Positions 46,071 to 63,690 are shown, numbered from the stretch's first letter. The stretch is DNA of 64,000 nucleotides from the human T2T-CHM13v2.0 reference genome, Homo sapiens (GCF_009914755.1 NC_060941.1), one strand, 5' to 3'. Notes: generated by a model from the sequence alone, not told the origin. A program made the numbers and translations.

Positions 46071-46837
46071 TCCTGTCCCCAGAGCCTGCCTGCTTCTGGT
46101 CACAGCTACTTGAGTTTAACACTCCTGGCAGCTTAGCACTCTGGTTTTTATGTGTGAAGCCGTAATATTTGGTGAGCTGTGAGATGAGGTGGCAAGATTT
46201 GCAACTGGCATTCCCTTCCGGCCCTGCCCTGTGATTCAGGTCAGTGGTGTGACAAAGTGAGGCCACCCCTCCTCCCCACTCTGGCTTCCCACCTGTGGCT
46301 ATTTGGAATGATGTCTTTCCTTCGTTTTCTCCTCTTCCCCCATCCCATGCCTGATAGACTCCCGTAGCTCTTGGCTTTCAAAAGGGGGTATTCAGTCCTC
46401 ACATTCCAAACCATCTGCTCAATTAAACATTTTAAACAGCAATTCTGAGTCTGCCCAGGACCACATTCCAAAAGGTGGGTGTCAGGAGATAGGCTTTCTA
46501 AATGTCAGAGGCTCTGTGAAAATCTTAACTGATGAGGAAGTGGGCCAGCTAGAAAGCATCACGTTTTCTTGGAGATTAGAAACATAAGACTCAGTGTCCA
46601 TACTTTCAAAATTCCTCTTCCTGAGGCACATGATGAGTCATTTGAGCATCTCTAGTCCTTTTCTCCAGGTCTGTATTCCCTGAGCCTTCCTGCCCTGTTT
46701 CCTGAGCCAGGGTTGAAGTTCAGATTCCTGTGGGTCCCCCCAGGCATCCTCCTTATCTGCAGTTGTCTTAATTTCTGTCCCATCTTCCCACCCATTCCAG
46801 TTGCAGCTGCCTTCCAGGAATAGAGTAAGATTTATCA

Positions 46838-47224
<387 letters not shown>

Positions 47225-47333
47225 TAGAGCTTTGTAATAAAATTATTACTGATTCTGAGCTAGCTGTAGGCCCAGCCTTCAAGAAAACAGGAGCAGAGAG
47301 ATCTCCTAAAATGTCTTTAAAACTGGGGAGTCT

Positions 47334-48012
47334 TCAGCCTAGACAACATAGCAAGACCCTATATTAGTCCGTTTTCACGCTGCTGATAAAGACATACCCG
47401 TGACTGGGAAGAAAAAGAGGTTTAATTGGACTTAACAGTTCCACATGGCTGGAGAGGCCTCAGAATCATGGCAAGAGGCGAAAGGCTCTTCTTACATGGC
47501 AGAGGCAAAAGAAAATGAGGAAGAAGCAAAAGCAGAAACCCCTGATAAACCCATCGGATATCGTGAGACTTATTCACTATCACGAGAATAGCACGGGAAA
47601 GACCAATCCCCATGATTCAATTACCTCCCCCTGGGTCCCTCCCACAACATGTGGGAATTCTGGGAGATACAACTCAAGTTGAGATTTCAGTGGGGACACA
47701 GCCAAACCATATCATTCTGCCCCTGGCCCCTCCAAATCTCATGTCCTCACATTTCAAAACCAATCATGCTTTATCAACAGTCCCCCAAATCTTAACTCAT
47801 TTCAGCATTAACCAATATCAGACCTCATCTCTACCAAAGGTAGAAAAAAATTAGCTGGGAATGGTGGTGCGCACCTGTAGTCCCAGCTACTTGGGAGGTT
47901 GAGGTGGGAGGATCACTTGGCCCTGGGAAGCGAGGCCTCAGTGAGTTGTAACTGCACCACTGTTCTCCAGCCTGAGTGATAGAGAGAGACTCTGTCTCAA
48001 AAAAAAAAAAAA
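47334..48012 (+). mobile_element. 5'-truncated AluJ split by THE1
   Basis: CAGCCTAGACAACATAGCAAGACCC | THE1 | GACCTCATCTCTACC...right arm. Confidence 0.8.
47360..47820 (-). mobile_element. THE1 LTR plus ~100 bp internal sequence, inserted in an Alu
   Basis: TATATTAGTCCGTTTTCACGCTGCTGATAAAGACATACCC...CAGCCAAACCATATCA (47360-47714), then THE1-int; TSD GACCC/GACCT. Confidence 0.88.
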
Positions 48013-48264
48013 ATTAAATGGAGAACATCTTACACATTTGGTATGGATTGGCACTATGACTTAGAGGTAGTAGAATTAGTCAGAAAACTTCTGGACTCTT
48101 GCAAATAGTTAGAATGAAAGATTAAGCTTATCTGATAAAGATGTCTCAAAATTCAATGGTTCAAGACAGAAGTTTATTTTTTAGCAAGCGGCTCTGCTTC
48201 ATGCAGTCATGCAGGGGCCCAGGTTCCTTCTATCTTGCTTTTCCACCATTCCCTAGCCTGTAGC

Positions 48265-48693
48265 CTTTTTTTTTTTTTTTTTCTGGGACAGGTTTTTCAC
48301 TCTGTTGCCCAGGCTGGAGTACAGTGCATGATCATAGCTCATTGCAGCCTTGAACTCCGGGGTTCAAGTGATCCTCCTGCCTCAGCCTCCCAAGTAGCTG
48401 AGACTACAAGGGCACACCACCTTGCCCAGCTAATTTTTGTTCTTATTAGGTTACCCAGACTGGTCTCAAACTCCTGGCCACCGGTGATCCTCCTGCCCCA
48501 GCCTCCCAAAGCTCTGGGATTACAGGTATGAGCCCACTGTGCCCAGCGGCACCCCCTCCACCTTTTTCTTTAAAAAAATAAATAGTGGCAAGCTCTTGCT
48601 ATGCTGCCAAGACTAATCTCAAACTCTTGGGCTTAATTGATCTTCCCACCTTGGACTCCCAAAATGCTGGGATTACAGGACAACACCCAGTCA
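48265..48693 (-). mobile_element. AluJ plus adjacent left-arm fragment
   Basis: Reverse arms. Confidence 0.85.
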
Positions 48694-48765
48694 GGTATAG
48701 CCTTTGTCTGCATGATCCAAGCTAGATTGTGGGTACACTCATGTTCTAGGTCTCAAGAAGAATAA

Positions 48766-49106
<341 letters not shown>

Positions 49107-49217
49107 AGGCACCTTTCTTAAGGTCCCAGCCCATAGGTGGTCCACATCACTTCTGCCTACATTCCATGATCAGGAGCTTAGTCACATGATCAGCCCTAAC
49201 TGTAAGGTGGCTGGGAA

Positions 49218-49252
49218 ATATATATATATGTATGTGTCTACATATATGTGTG

Positions 49253-49293
<41 letters not shown>
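49218..49293. repeat. (TA)n/(TG)n microsatellite
   Basis: Long TG run 49261-49292. Confidence 0.9.
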
Positions 49294-49296
<3 letters not shown>

Positions 49297-50789
49297 CAGC
49301 CATAGGCCGAGTAGTTCAATTATTGTAGAAGAAGGAAAGAATAGGTTTTTGGATAGTGTCATTACATCAACCTAGATGTGACCCAGATACCACCAAGTAG
49401 AGGCTCTTCAGTTATTATGAGCAATTAGGTCAGAGTTTTTGTTAAAGTGGAAACAGGGAAAGTATGATCCATAGAGGACATAAGGACATAGGATCCCTTC
49501 GAGTAATGGAACATGTCCCAGGGGCTTGAAAAGAGACTGTTTTGTTTGTCCTTCCAGACAGGGGAGTTCAGGGGCATTCAGCAGCAGACAAGGGTGATGG
49601 ATACCCAGAACATTGCTTATGAAATGATTTATATTTTTAATAATACTTTATAGTTTACAAGGATCATTTGTACATATTGTTTGATTGGATGTTGAAAACA
49701 TTCCTCATTAGGGACAGCTAGACGTAGAGAGATGAAAGGTCTTGCACAAAATCACACAATTCATAAATAGCAAAGGTGAGATCTGAACCCAAGTCTTCCT
49801 AGTTTCAGTCCAGTGCTTTTTACCAAATAAAAATGCTACATATTGATTTTTTTTTTTTATCCTGGGAGGGTGACTAGTTGGACATCTCAAATGGAGTAAG
49901 GACTTTACTTTTTCACTGGACTTTACTTTTTCAGTTTCCATGTAATTTGGATGTCATTGTGAAGACGTCAAGAGTCATGTCCACAAAGATAATACTGGTT
50001 ATTACTTGGTGACCACCTACTGTAAGCCAGGCCCTGAGCTGGACACTTTATTTATATCTTATTTATTCCTCCTAATGATCCAGCAAGGTAGGCATTATTA
50101 CACCTATCTTGCAGAGGAGGAAGCTGAAGAGGTTAGGTAACTTTTCCCAAACAGAGAGCTAGTAAGTGGGTAAGCCAGGTCATGAATCCAAGTTAATCTG
50201 CTATCTTCCCTCTCAGTGCTGCCTTGAAGGACGAGGGGTATCTGCTGCTCAGGCCTCAGGAATGGACACATAGGTAATGCTTGGTAATCTCAAGCCTGAA
50301 GTAAGAATAATTTATTTAAGTTTGTCCCAAACTCCTGACTTCTCATTGGATGTCCTAGAAATTAAACCCAAAGTGAGGTCTTCGCTAGCCATGACCTTCA
50401 AAAATCCTTGTCCATTAGGCTCAGTCATTTGTGATGTCAGAACTGGAAACAAACTTAAAGTTCCTCTGGTCCAACATAGCCCTTTTACAGATGATAAAGC
50501 TGAGACCCAGAGGCGGGAAAAATAACTTGCCAACAGTATCGGGGCTATTTCCTGGCAAAACTAACATATTCCTTTGATTCTCCAGGCTTCAGGCCCATGA
50601 GGACCTCCTGGACTAAGAGCCAGTCTCACTGCCACCTGTCAGAGCCTTCTTCAAGGGAGTAAACAGAGGGGCAGGACTCACCTCACTTCGTGCTGCCAGG
50701 GCTAGAGCTATCCTTTCTCCCCACTCCATTCCCACCTTGCTGGGTGAGCCTGCAGTTTTTCCAAGGCAGGGCCAGCCTGTCCTGTGCTG

Positions 50790-50900
50790 CAAGATGTATT
50801 AATCAATTTGATGGGGATGTTAAAGCTTTCTCTTTGCAACTAATTATGGCCTGATTTATAGGCCTGGCCTTGGTTTGATAGAGCTCTCCTCATGACAGGG
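50790..50900. promoter_or_regulatory. HOX/PBX/MEIS motif cluster
   Basis: TGATTAAT (rc, 50798-50805), TAATTATGG 50841-50849, TGATTTAT 50852-50859, TGACAG 50893-50898. Confidence 0.5.
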
Positions 50901-51503
50901 ATGAATGTGGTACTGGCATGGACCCCTTCATCTCTTCCATTTCTCTCTCTTCCTCCCTCCTCCCTCCCTCCCACGGCTCCTGCCTCCTGCCTCTGCTCTT
51001 GGTTCCCACAGGAACACCCTAATGACATGTTGACAAGCTAGTGAAGCATGGCTCCCTCTCTGTTGCATCTGCCTCTGGCACCACCATTCCTCCTGTATTC
51101 TCTGACATGGGCAGATGGGTGCTGTGCTGGAGGAAGCTCTGTACACCCTTTCCTTCTGGAAACAAGAAACAATAAAAATATTTTGGGTTGATGCAGCATC
51201 TTCCTTCCCAAACATTCCAAGAGCTTGTTGAAATAAACTTTATCCCTGATGGAACTTCCAGGTAAGATTTCAGGTAAGGTTTATTCTGGTTATTTTACAA
51301 ATGAGAGCACTGAGACAGAGAGATGAACTTGTCTGTGATTTTACACACAGTAGGACAATGAAGATGAGAATAAATTGGTGTCATGGTGTCCAGCTCCAAG
51401 ATCCTCCCATTGCTGGGGCCTTTGGGTCACCTTACTGTTGCTAGGAACCCTTTCCTCATACCTGCGCAACTTGACAGAAGGAGAGCCCTCACATAGGCAC
51501 TGC

Positions 51504-51504
51504 T

Positions 51505-51536
<32 letters not shown>

Positions 51537-51825
51537 GGAGACAGGGTCACACTCGGTCACCCAGGCTGGAGTGCAGTGGTGTGATCTTGACTCACTGCAG
51601 CCCCCACCTCCTGGGTTCAAGCAATTCTCTGCCTCAGTCTCCCGAGTAGGTGGGATTACAGGCACCCACCACCATGCCCAGCTAATTTTTTTTTTTTGTA
51701 TTTTTAGTGGAAACGGGGTTTCGCCATGTTGACCCAGGCTGGTCTCAAACCCCTGACCTCAAGTAATCTGCCTGCCTCAGTCTCCCAAAGTGCTGGGATT
51801 ACAGGCATGAGCCACCCTGCCCAGC
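51504..51825 (-). mobile_element. Alu
   Basis: Reverse dimer with (TTTTG)n tail. Confidence 0.92.
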
Positions 51826-52241
51826 TGCACTGGTTTCTTAACAGTAAGCATAAGGACCTTTGTGGCCACCGTGTGCAAATAGGGATATGAAATAAGATGT
51901 AAATCATCACTCTGCACAAAGAGTATGTATGCACATGCGTGCGAGCACACACAGGCCAGTTTCCGGAAGTCTGCATGTCACACAGAGTATAGATAAGGAA
52001 CAACCGCAAATTATCACCTTCCTTAGTCCTGAAGGCCACTATGAAGTCACCTTCCCCAGACTCAGCAAGGTTCGATGGGCAGCCCCCTGTGTGGGTATAT
52101 TTCCTAGCAGTGTGCTATGACAGCCACTTCCCAGTAGGGCTAATGGAGAGAAATAGTGGCTTGGCAGCCCTACAATTGTTTGTACTCAGACTTGAAATTC
52201 ATTGTGTAATATTTTTGAAATACATTTGTCTCTGCAAGGTG

Positions 52242-52469
52242 CTAACCTAAACCTAACCAAAGTGCAAGCTCTAGACCTAGCCTGAACCTGAACCTGAACC
52301 TGAGCCTTAGCCTCACTCCTAACCCTAAATCTAAATCGTTTCCAAACCCTAACTCTAATCCTAATCTAAACTTGAACCCAACTCAAAATGTAAACATAAC
52401 CTGATCCCAGATCCTAATCCTCACTCTAAAAACAATCTTAACATTAACCCTAATCCTTATTTTAACTCA

Positions 52470-52470
<1 letters not shown>
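52242..52470 (+). repeat. Degenerate telomere-like (CCCTAA)n array, left part
   Basis: 6-bp periodic CCTAAA/CCTGAA/CCCTAA/TCCTAA units, e.g. CTAACCCTAA ~52319, AAACCCTAACTCTAATCCTAATCTAAA ~52344. Confidence 0.75.
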
Positions 52471-54416
<1,946 letters not shown>

Positions 54417-54765
54417 ACATCCAGATGACCAAGTGTTATTAAGATGAGAAGAGGGAACCCAGAACCTTGTTCTATTGTGATATTTCCCTTGGTTTTTCTT
54501 CACAATGGACATGAGATTGTTCAGATCCTTCTGGAGTGCATAGGTCTTCTATTTCCCCCAGCCTCCATTATGCTTATATTACTGCTTGTCAGCTCCCTCT
54601 GCCCAGAAGAGAAGATATAAAAGGAGATGAAATTCAGACTTGGCTTAGCAGATAGCTGCTTACCAGTATATCTCAGAGGACACTGATGAAGGAGAATGAT
54701 TTAAAATATGTTACGATATTATTTTTTTCAATTAAGAAAAAGTTCAAATCTGCTCTCCCACATGA

Positions 54766-54939
54766 TTTTTAATTTTTTTTTAGTGGTGAGGTCTTGCTAT
54801 GTTGTCCAGCCCGGAGTGCAGTGGCTATTCACAGGTGTCATCATAGTGCACTGCAGTCTTGAACCTCTGGGTTCAAGCGACCTCTTGCTGCAGCTTCCCA
54901 AGTAGCTGAGACTAAAGGTGCATGCTACCATGCCCGGCC
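54766..54939 (-). mobile_element. Alu monomer (FAM/FRAM-like)
   Basis: Reverse single arm containing GGCTATTCACAGGTG. Confidence 0.8.
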
Positions 54940-55648
54940 CATTTGATTTTCAATATATCTTAAAGGTCAGTGCATCAGGCAGTATTATCCTCATCTGAAA
55001 AATAAGACACTGGAGCACAGATACATTAAAGGCTTTGCCCAAGACCACACAGCAAGGTAGCAGGAAAGCCTAGCCAGAGGGCTTGATTCATAGTCTATCT
55101 TCCACTCTTTTACCATGCTTACGATCCCAATTACTATTATCTCTCGTATCCCCCAAGTGCAGTTATCCAAGAATTCTCAATTTTTTTTAGAATTTAAAAT
55201 GACATCAGGGCTGTGCCCAGGGTTTGAGAAGGGGAAGCAAAGCCAATGAAAAGAGTAGAATAAGGAGGATTAATCCATATGCCCAAGTGCTCAAACACTT
55301 TTTGAAGCTCCAGTTCTTGAATGAGAGTGGAGTGGGAGGTGGAGAGAGATGACCAGGCAGTCAAGACCAGGTGAAAACCCTGGAGGATAGAACCAAATGC
55401 CAGGTTGAAGTGCTGACAACACACGATAAGAGAAACCAGTCTAGAGCCTCAGGAAGAACCTAAGCTCAGTCCTGTTTTCCCTGCTTCTTTCCTTATAGAA
55501 GGTCAGTGCCCCCTTTTTTGGGCAAAAACATTTCCAGGATGTTTCTTATTTCTATGGAAGCTGGAGCTTTACATTCACAACCCTGTGAGCATTACAGTGG
55601 CCAGTGACAAAGCAGGGTTTGCTCAGATGGACATTTAAAAAAAGCGGT

Positions 55649-55968
55649 GGGCTGGGCCGTGGTGCCTCAGGCCTGTAATCCCAGCACTTTGGGAGGTCAA
55701 GGTGGGTGGATCACTGGAGGTTGGGAGTTCCAGACCAGCCTAGGCAACATGGTGAAACCTCATCTCTACTAAAAATACAAAAAAAAATAGCCAGGCATGG
55801 TGGCGTGTGCCTGTAATCCCAGCTACTCAGGAGGCTGAGTCACGAGGATCGCTTGAGCCCAGGAGGTGGAAGTTGCAGTCAGTGGAGATCGTGCCACTGC
55901 ACTCCAGCCTGGGCAACAGTGAGACTCTGTCTCAAAACCAAACCAAACCAAAACAAAACAAAACAACA
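55649..55968 (+). mobile_element. Alu
   Basis: Dimer. Confidence 0.92.
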
Positions 55969-56428
55969 GTGGTGAACAGAGAGGAGGAGGGATGAGTGGA
56001 AACTCAGCACAAAAAGGATGTGCATGAGGTAGGGCTGGTTGGGAAGACATAGGGGTAGTGAATCTTGGAGCCCTATAATGTTGAGAAAAACAGACATTTA
56101 GAGATCAAATGTAGAGAAAAAAACCCTGGACTGTGGTCAGAACATGTCTATGTGACTCTCCTCTTTGATGCAGACTTTAGACAAATCACTTCCCACAATT
56201 TCTGCATCTGGAAAATAGGAGGGTTGAGCCAGAACTCAAATTCTGTCTCAACTTTGATATTCTAAAATTCTTGATGTTCTCAATCAAAACCACCCGGTGC
56301 ACATCTTTTTCTAATTCTGTCCTCCCTCTGTACATCTGAACCAGCCTGGCCCTGTCCCGGGGGCACTTAAGTTTTTGTTCCATTGGATTTGCGTTCTGGT
56401 GAGAGAAGTCCCTGGTTTCTCCTGTTAG

Positions 56429-56484
56429 ATACGAACTTTGAAAAGATGATGGCAGTCTGGAACTCACAGCTCTTGGAGCCTCCA
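56429..56484 (+). other. Exon-like segment xTNFEKMMAVWNSQLLEPP
   Basis: Acceptor ggtttctcctgttag|, donor CCA|GTAAGT; only one frame open. Confidence 0.45.
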
Positions 56485-57044
56485 GTAAGTGTTTTGCTGG
56501 CCAACAAGGCTCCAAGAGGTGCTCAGGCAGGTATGTCTGACCTGTCACATGACCTTCCCTGTGTTCTGGAAGCTGCCCCTTCCGTGCCCTGTCCCCAGGC
56601 CCCAGGGATGCTGGGCCAGGAGCTGGGATGCTGGGAGTCCTCCACAACGGCACACTCATCCCGCTGGAATTGGAGGCCCATCCCTCAGAGGAGCTGATGC
56701 TCCTTGATGAGGAGCCTAGCTGCACAGAAGATGAAAAGCTGTCTTTGCGGTGGAATGAATTCCCCCAGACCCAAAGCAGCTGCTCCTCGAAGTCTCTGAA
56801 AACAAAAATCCTCATGAATAAATATTAGGGAAGAAATGAGTTTTCTCAAGAACAAAAGCAGATTTGAGGAAGTTCTCTGGGAGAGGTTGGGATCTTTCAT
56901 CTCATGAAATAAGTAATCTATGTATCACTCAGACTCTGCTTGCCAATTCCCCTCCTGTTCCACTGATCCGCAGCCACATCCTGCTCCTCCCTCACATGGA
57001 AACAGGCAGCACCTAGGCCATCATCTGCTCAGACTTTCCTTCAG

Positions 57045-57143
57045 AGGAAAAGAGAAACCACAAACAGCTGCCGTGTGGGCCCTCCTGCCAGATTCCGGAT
57101 TCCAGCTCAGACCACGGATCTCGATGACTTCATTGGTATCTGA
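57045..57143 (+). other. Exon-like segment RKRETTNSCRVGPPARFRIPAQTTDLDDFIGI*
   Basis: Acceptor actttccttcag|; in phase with 56429-56484; locally CpG-retaining. Confidence 0.35.
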
Positions 57144-58254
57144 GCTGGAACTCTCTTCTCCAGGGACAGAGAGGCCGCCAGCATCCCTGCAGAGCCCCCA
57201 GAAAAAGAGGAAGCTGCATGGTGGGTTCACACCTGGGCCAGTACAAAAAGGTCATGCTTGGAGAGATACACCAAGATCTCCACCTGAGGGCTGAGTCCTG
57301 GCCCAGGGCTTGCTTCACTAGTTGGCAGCCTGGGGTGAGTCCCTCTCCCCACCTCCACCCTGCCCCTTCAAAAAGCCTGTTGCTCATTGAATCAAAAGAC
57401 ATTCCTAAGTGAGAGTCTCATTCCCTTTCATCTGGATCCAAATGGAAATGCAAATACCATGGGACAGAATGTGCCTCTGTGGGAATGAATTTATCAGACC
57501 CTGTCCACAGCAGTTTTGCTGAAAGAGAAATTTAGTTTTTCTGAGAGAGCCTGGTGAGGCAATGGAGTTAAGGGGCCAAATGGTTCAAAACTTCTACAAG
57601 GTTAGTGCTGGAGGGGAAGCTTCAGCAATCATGAGCCAGACTCCTCCTGTTGCAGATGAGGAAACCAAAGCCCAGAGAGGAGTGTCTTTCACAGCATCAT
57701 ACAGCAAGTTAATATGGCTTAGGATGCTAGAACTTAGGTGTCCCGGCTCTAAGCCTGGTGCCAGTTGCAGAAAACAAAAGCCCAAGGCCTGAAAGATAAA
57801 CTTGGCCTCCTTCAAAATCTGATGGGGGCTGGCACTTTCTGCCTTCAGAATATTTGTTTCCACCAGGAGTGAATCTCAGTTCTTGGCTGTGAGCAGTTGC
57901 AGAGGTCACATGAGTGGACAAAAAAGGAATGTGAGTGAGAAGGGAGATGGGGTGAAGATCTTCCTGAACAATGACTTAGCGAGGACAAGTCTGAATCTCC
58001 AACTTCATCAGACTCTGTGAACGGTGTTAAATCTTGACTTAGGGGCTATGGGCTTTTGCCTCTCTTTGTAGCCACAGTTGCCCAAAGAGAACTAGTAATG
58101 CTGTTATCTTCAGATGCAAAGGATAACACATTAGTAAATTATTCCTTGCTTATACTTCTAATGTCACATTCCCCTTGTCTTATAGTTGTTTTGTGATGAA
58201 AGAAACTAATGGGATCTTAGAATCAGACCTGGGTTACATGGCTTAAACTTTTTA

Positions 58255-59155
<901 letters not shown>

Positions 59156-59436
59156 GGCTTAAACTTATTGGGCTTTTATTTTCCTCATCTATAAAGTAGA
59201 CTTGAGGTTGTTGTGAGTATTAAAGAAATCATGTGCATAAAGCTCTTGGCTCAATGCCTGGTACATGGTTGAAATTTAAGAACTGGTTGTTTCCTATGAA
59301 CTCTTGAAGACAGAGACTGTTTCATTTCGGTATCTAACCATTTAGCATGGCGCCAGACATATAGTAGGGGTTCACTATATGACTGTTAGTGAATGAATGA
59401 ATAATGAACAAACATATCCTTGTAACTTTGAAGTAT

Positions 59437-59737
<301 letters not shown>

Positions 59738-60786
59738 CTTTGAAGTACATAGAATAATTCCTGCACATTGTTGGTGTTTAATAAATTTCAAATGAATGCA
59801 TGTAATAATCCTATATGAAGCATACTTCTTCTGCATCCTACTTCATGAGAAAAGGAATTTGCTCATGTCCCTAAAGTTCCTGAAGGACAATTCAGAATCA
59901 AGTATTTGACCTACTCCCAACTTTCTGGGGATCCTCCTCTTTCACCATTCATGGCAAATTCTACTGTGCAAGGGATACAAAGGAGGAAGATCTCCATGTG
60001 AGAGTAACCGAGCACTTCAGTCTGCACTGTGCTTGCTAAGTTTTCTCTCTTTCTACCATGTTCACAGAACACTTGCTGTGAGCTCCAAAGCATGTTGAAG
60101 AGCGGGGCTGTCCATGTTGAATCCTGTTAGTCATGCAGCTGAGGGAATTCCAATCACCTGACCCGGGTCTGACCGCAGTTACCAGTCTCAAGTCTGAGCA
60201 GCGTCTCCAGTGCTGGGCTGCCTTCTTGACTCCAGGAGGCATGCCTGCTCTTACAATGAAACTCAAGTCTTTTTTTTTCCTTCCCACAAGTTTGGCTTCT
60301 ACTTTTCTAAGTGCTGTTCATCATATACTCTGTGTTGTAAGTACTCAGCTCTCTAGCATCTCTTTATACTACCTTTTATTCTTCTGGAATATCCTTCCTT
60401 CCCACCCACAAGCATATTAGGCAAAACTTGCCCACCGTGGTAACTGGAAACAGGACTGAGGGGAAGGAAAACTCTCTCCCAGGTGCATGGAGTGGGAACT
60501 CATTTAGGGCATCTTTAGTGCCATACATAGAACCTGGAATACAATAGGAGCTCAATTAATACATGTTAAATGGATAAATATTGGTTAAATGCATCATGTT
60601 TCTATACAATTCTCTTTAAACTATAAACTCCCCAAGCACAAAGTTAAGAACTATGTCTCTCTTATCAGACAAGATGCCTCCTAACCCAGATTATACAGGA
60701 GCATTGTGAGGGCAAGCCCATGCCAACTCCACATTCTGTGAGCTCCCAAAACTCCACCAAGGACCTTGCTTAATGATGACTTAGAC

Positions 60787-61017
60787 CAGGGTTTCTCGAC
60801 CTCAGCATTATTGACATTCTGGGCCAGATCCTTCTCTGATGTAGGGAGCTGACTGGTGCATTGTAAGATGTTCAGGGACATCCCTGGCCTTTACCCACTA
60901 GATGCCCATAGCAACCCCCTCCCAGTTGTGACAACCAAAAATGCCTCCAGATAACAACAGATATCCCCTGTGTTTGGGGGAATGAAGAGGTACAAAATCA
61001 CTCCCTGTTGAGAACTA
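60787..61017 (-). mobile_element. MER20
   Basis: CAGGGTTTCTCGACCTCAGCATTATTGACATTCTGGGCCAGAT...GTTGAGAACTACTG. Confidence 0.8.
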
Positions 61018-61128
61018 CTGACTTAGACTGAAGCAAAACACGAAGGGATTTCTCTACTTTTTATTGCCTGTGGGAATGGAAAATATTTTTCTAGCAGAGA
61101 AGTTGAATATTTATTAGATTAAGAATTG

Positions 61129-61719
<591 letters not shown>

Positions 61720-62632
61720 GAATTGATGAAAAATGTACTTCCAACTCCCAGGTGTTCTCAGAATTGAACCCGGGAGGACTCCAGGTGAGAAAATCTTTGC
61801 CAGGGACAAAATTTCCTTGTCTAACCATTGGAGTGCAGAACAGAGTGACAGAAGAGGGAAGTGCTAGAGGGTAAGGGCATGCCCCAACAGAAGTTACTGG
61901 AAACAGCAATTACTTTCCATTCCTTGGGACCTACTAGGGCTCTGAACCTGGATTCAAATACATAAAGGCCCACTATGGTTGGGGCCTACTTGCCTACTGA
62001 AATTGGAGTTTCAGAGACTGAGTGACCTTTCTGATATTGCACAGCACATCAGAGACAAAACCAGCACTTGAACTCCCTTTGAGTTAGACATCTGAAGGAC
62101 AAGGGCATGTGGTGCATCCCCAGCTATCCAGTGCCTTTTCTTTTTTCTTTCCCAATCCAGTGACCCCTCTGATTGTAGGATAACAGACCAGACAGGCAAA
62201 AGGTATCTGTGGGTGATCTTTGCTTGGGGGTAGGGTTGGGTAGGGGGCAGAGCTGCTCACAACAGCAGGCCATTTCCCAAGATGCTCAGGGTTGCTGGCT
62301 TCTGCACTCACCATCTCACTTTCTGGTTGCTGCGTGGAGATAAGCTATCGACTTCTGCACAGGATCAACCAAGGAAGTCAGGAGGGTGGGGAGGCCCTGG
62401 CGGCTGGCAGGAAAGGGCTGGCAGAAAAAAAAAAAAAAAAAAAAGCAAAGCATCCTGGGGACAAAACTGCTGACTGGACTGCTAAGAGACAGGAGGGAAG
62501 AAAAAGGAGAATCAATGCAAGGGGAGAACATTGGAAAAGCAGGAAAGGCAGAAAGACCCACAAAACCTAAAGAGACTCAGCAAGGCAGAAATCAGGAGAG
62601 TTTTCCCCTTTCTATTAAAAATGTATTTTCTC

Positions 62633-62930
<298 letters not shown>

Positions 62931-63384
62931 GTATTTTCTCATCTACCTGTAGATATGTCATTTTAAAACATGCTTTTCTTCTGCCTTGGCCTTCAAAGAG
63001 TGAATGCAAACCAAATATTCTTAAAATGCATTTGTGATCCAATAAACAAAGGGTCAAGTCTTCAACAGTGATTTACTATGTGACTTCTGGAAAGTCACTC
63101 AACTGTACTGAGGCTTTATGCCTCTCTTTTATTTAAAAGAAAAAAAATGCAGAGATTACCCCAGCCGGCTATAAGGAGAGCCCTCATTGTCTAACTCACT
63201 AGAAGTGCTAAAGAGCTGTTCTTTCATCTGAAACTACCTAGGGAGAGATTTTCTTACCATGAGCTTTTACATCCTCATTCATTTGAATTGGTGCTCTGGG
63301 AACCAGGCAGGGAACAGGTATTTTTATCTTACTTTAGTGGATAAGCAGTAGTGTAAATAGTGAAAAACAAAAAGGAGGGGGGGA

Positions 63385-63690
<306 letters not shown>

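Noticed and set aside
54614-54624. TATAAAAGG TATA-like box
   Set aside because: Isolated motif without other promoter evidence
56186-56815. 209-aa minus-strand ORF
   Set aside because: No recognisable domain, runs into a MIR, and is antisense to better splice-bounded + strand segments
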